64,000 nucleotides of DNA, taken from sequence record NZ_AP019754.1; one strand, written 5' to 3'. This DNA comes from a plasmid. Made by a program: the position numbers and the translations under genes. How positions within the stretch are numbered: position 1 is the stretch's first letter; each line of letters begins with the position of its first letter. The notes under the pieces are model-generated. The model was not told where the DNA came from and made no database searches. It saw only the letters and a list, made by a program, of their open reading frames with translations. Of this stretch, positions 61,964 through 64,000 are shown in pieces.

Positions 61964-62426
61964 CGGAGCGGGAAGTCAGTAAAGCGCCGTTTTCTTCTTT
62001 ATTGCCATTAATTAAATGTTAAATAGAAGTTATACGAATGATGTGCAGTACGCTTTAAATGTGTCATTCAAATGGCGCGCGCTTTACATTTTGTGGCTTG
62101 ATTAATCTCAAATTTTATCGCTTATTCGCGCAGAAATGCTTGCTAACACACTTTATTTTTCTCGCCCAAACTGATGCCGAAATGCGATAAGCAGGTGTTT
62201 TTTGGCGCTTTATTGTTTACAGGTTTTGATAAAAGTGGCTGCCCTGGCCGTTAATTTGGGTCTAAGTCGCTGGTTTATAAAGTAAATACATTAACAAATC
62301 CTCATAAAATTAATCATTGAGTCCTGTGATAAAAACCAATATATTGGCCGCGTTTTTAACACTAGCTCTAAATTTTATTCACTTATCCAACTGCAGCGTG
62401 ATGCCACGCCCGGTTGTAGGAGAGAT

Positions 62427-63812
62427 ATGATGACGGATAAAGTCCGTATTGATAGTTTGAATGCGAATACATTAAACGGTAACAATGAGTCTTATCTGGC
62501 CCGCCAGGCCGAGTTTGAATCAAATGTTCGAAGTTATCCGCGTAAATTACCATTAGCGATTGCGAAAGCTAATGGTGTCTGGATCACAGACGTCGAGAAC
62601 AAACAGTATCTTGACTGTCTTGCCGGTGCCGGAACGCTTGCGTTAGGTCATAATCACCCTGACGTACTGCAAAGCATCCAAAATGTCATTACCAGCGGCT
62701 TGCCGTTACATACTCTGGATCTGACCACGCCACTCAAAGATGCGTTTTCAGAATACCTGCTCTCCCTGTTACCGGGTCAGGGCAAAGAATACTGCCTGCA
62801 ATTCACCGGTCCTTCCGGCGCGGATGCCGTTGAAGCCGCTATCAAGCTGGCGAAGAAACATACTGGCCGTTCAGGGGTGATCAGCTTCTCCGGGGGTTAT
62901 CACGGCATGACGCACGGTGCGCTTTCTGTCACCGGTAACCTGTCACCGAAAGAAGCCGTTAACGGCATGATGCCTGAAGTGCAGTTTATGCCTTATCCGC
63001 ACCTGTACCGTTGCCCGCTGGGCATTGGTGGTGACGCGGGCGTAAAAGCGCTGACCTACTACTTCGAAAACCTGATCAACGACGTTGAAAGTGGTGTGCG
63101 CAAACCTGCGGCCGTGATCCTCGAAGCAGTTCAGGGTGAAGGCGGCGTGAACCCTGCCCCGGCTGAATGGCTGCAGCGCATCCGTAAAGTTACCCAGGAA
63201 CACGGTATTCTGCTGATTCTGGATGAAGTTCAGGCAGGTTTTGCCCGCACTGGTAAATTCTTTGCGTTCGAGCATGCCGGTATTGAGCCCGATATCATTG
63301 TAATGTCAAAAGCCGTCGGCGGCGGTTTGCCGCTTGCCGTGCTGGGGATCAAAAAGCAGTTTGATGCCTGGTCACCTGGCCACCACACCGGGACATTCCG
63401 TGGCAACCAACTGGCCATGGCAACCGGCCTGACCACGCTGAAGCTGCTGAAAGAAAACAACATCGCTGGCAGCGTCGCTGAAAAAGGTGAGTGGCTGAAA
63501 GGCAAACTTGCCGAACTGCAGAAACGTTATCCTGCCATCGGTAACGTTCGCGGTCTTGGCCTGATGATCGGTATTGAAATGGTCAAGCCGAACGAAGCGC
63601 AGGATCATATGGGCTGCTACCCGGCCGATGGCGATTTATCGGCTCTGGTTCAGAAGAAATGCTTTGAAAACGGTCTGATCCTTGAGCGCGGGGGACGTCA
63701 CGGTTGCGTATTGCGTCTGCTGCCTTCCCTGTTGATCAATCATGACGAAATGCAGGTTTTCCTGGATAAGTTCGAAAGCGCCCTGCTTGCCGCTGGCGTC
63801 GAAGCAGTTTGA
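62427..63812 (+). CDS. dat: Diaminobutyrate--2-oxoglutarate transaminase (class III PLP aminotransferase)
   Basis: Closely colinear with Acinetobacter/Haemophilus Dat ([12 protein letters not shown]...[17 protein letters not shown]...[14 protein letters not shown]...[16 protein letters not shown]). Confidence 0.85.
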   Translation: MMTDKVRIDSLNANTLNGNNESYLARQAEFESNVRSYPRKLPLAIAKANGVWITDVENKQYLDCLAGAGTLALGHNHPDVLQSIQNVITSGLPLHTLDLTTPLKDAFSEYLLSLLPGQGKEYCLQFTGPSGADAVEAAIKLAKKHTGRSGVISFSGGYHGMTHGALSVTGNLSPKEAVNGMMPEVQFMPYPHLYRCPLGIGGDAGVKALTYYFENLINDVESGVRKPAAVILEAVQGEGGVNPAPAEWLQRIRKVTQEHGILLILDEVQAGFARTGKFFAFEHAGIEPDIIVMSKAVGGGLPLAVLGIKKQFDAWSPGHHTGTFRGNQLAMATGLTTLKLLKENNIAGSVAEKGEWLKGKLAELQKRYPAIGNVRGLGLMIGIEMVKPNEAQDHMGCYPADGDLSALVQKKCFENGLILERGGRHGCVLRLLPSLLINHDEMQVFLDKFESALLAAGVEAV

Positions 63813-63826
63813 GTGGAGTAAATTCG

Positions 63827-64000
63827 ATGTCACGGTCAAATCCGATTCTGGCGTCCTCAGTGCAAAGCACTGAGGCTTACCAGCAGGCTATCGCACAAAG
63901 CAGTGCGGCAGTGGTTAAGTGGCTGGAACAGCCTGAAATGTATCAGGGTAAAACAGTTGCTGAACTGCGCGAACGTATCCAATTGGACTTTAATCCCGAG
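63827..64000 (+). CDS. ddc: L-2,4-diaminobutyrate decarboxylase, 5' fragment (runs off the window)
   Basis: The ATG at 63827 has a GGAG upstream. The N-terminus MSRSNPILASSVQSTEAYQQAI... follows dat as in enterobacterial dat-ddc loci for 1,3-diaminopropane synthesis. Confidence 0.55.
   Translation, partial: MSRSNPILASSVQSTEAYQQAIAQSSAAVVKWLEQPEMYQGKTVAELRERIQLDFNPE

Noticed and set aside
1-64000. Searched for CRISPR repeats, tRNA/rRNA genes, transposase/integrase genes, phage structural genes, toxin-antitoxin pairs and canonical defence-system components (helicase/nuclease/ATPase/TIR/SIR2 combinations).
   Set aside because: None recognised. No regularly spaced direct repeats, no tRNA-like T-arm motifs, and no ORF with DDE/tyrosine-recombinase or nuclease/helicase motifs. 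The window therefore probably does not carry a mobile or defence island.

Overview
This window reads as an ordinary chromosomal region of a gamma-proteobacterium. By inference it is Enterobacterales, possibly Pantoea/Erwinia-like: it has a membrane gluconate 2-dehydrogenase operon, lplA, dat-ddc, an enteric-type flagellin and several MCPs. Coding density is high on both strands and about 55 genes are called. The content is mostly accessory metabolism and transport, plus a motility/chemotaxis patch. In order: a dipeptide-type ABC permease pair with two aminopeptidases (DmpA/S58 and DppA/M55); a LysR regulator; a PAS-GGDEF-EAL protein; a LacI-regulated cluster of two xylose-isomerase-like TIM barrels and a Gfo/Idh/MocA dehydrogenase; a PuuR-like regulator with a DAO-family FAD oxidase and a polar amino acid ABC transporter; three MCP genes bracketing a stand-alone flagellin that has a near-consensus sigma-28 promoter; a lactonase; a guanidine-I (ykkC) riboswitch with a terminator expression platform upstream of a NitT/TauT ABC importer, two DUF1989 proteins and a 1201-aa urea/guanidine carboxylase; an AT-rich patch with small secreted Gly/His-rich proteins; a truncated DsbD-like reductase with a periplasmic peroxiredoxin; a small LysR-controlled CMD/tautomerase/hypothetical-protein operon; a Ugp-like phosphoester uptake operon ending in a calcineurin-like metallophosphoesterase; TetR with a DMT exporter; a GNAT acetyltransferase, LysE exporter and NfsA-like nitroreductase; a sensor diguanylate cyclase; the three-subunit gluconate 2-dehydrogenase; lplA; an orphan ABC-exporter membrane domain with a TetR and palindromic operators; and dat-ddc (diaminobutyrate aminotransferase/decarboxylase). 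I found no CRISPR array, tRNA/rRNA, transposase, integrase or phage genes. I also found no recognisable defence-system architecture: no helicase/nuclease/ATPase islands and no toxin-antitoxin pairs. The most unusual signals are the ykkC-controlled carboxylase operon that lacks an allophanate hydrolase, the possible 3-keto-sugar beta-elimination cluster, the DsbD-beta/gamma plus peroxiredoxin module, the MCP-coupled small ORF, the small secreted proteins, and the orphan ABC membrane domain. All are hypotheses from sequence reading only; no searches were run.
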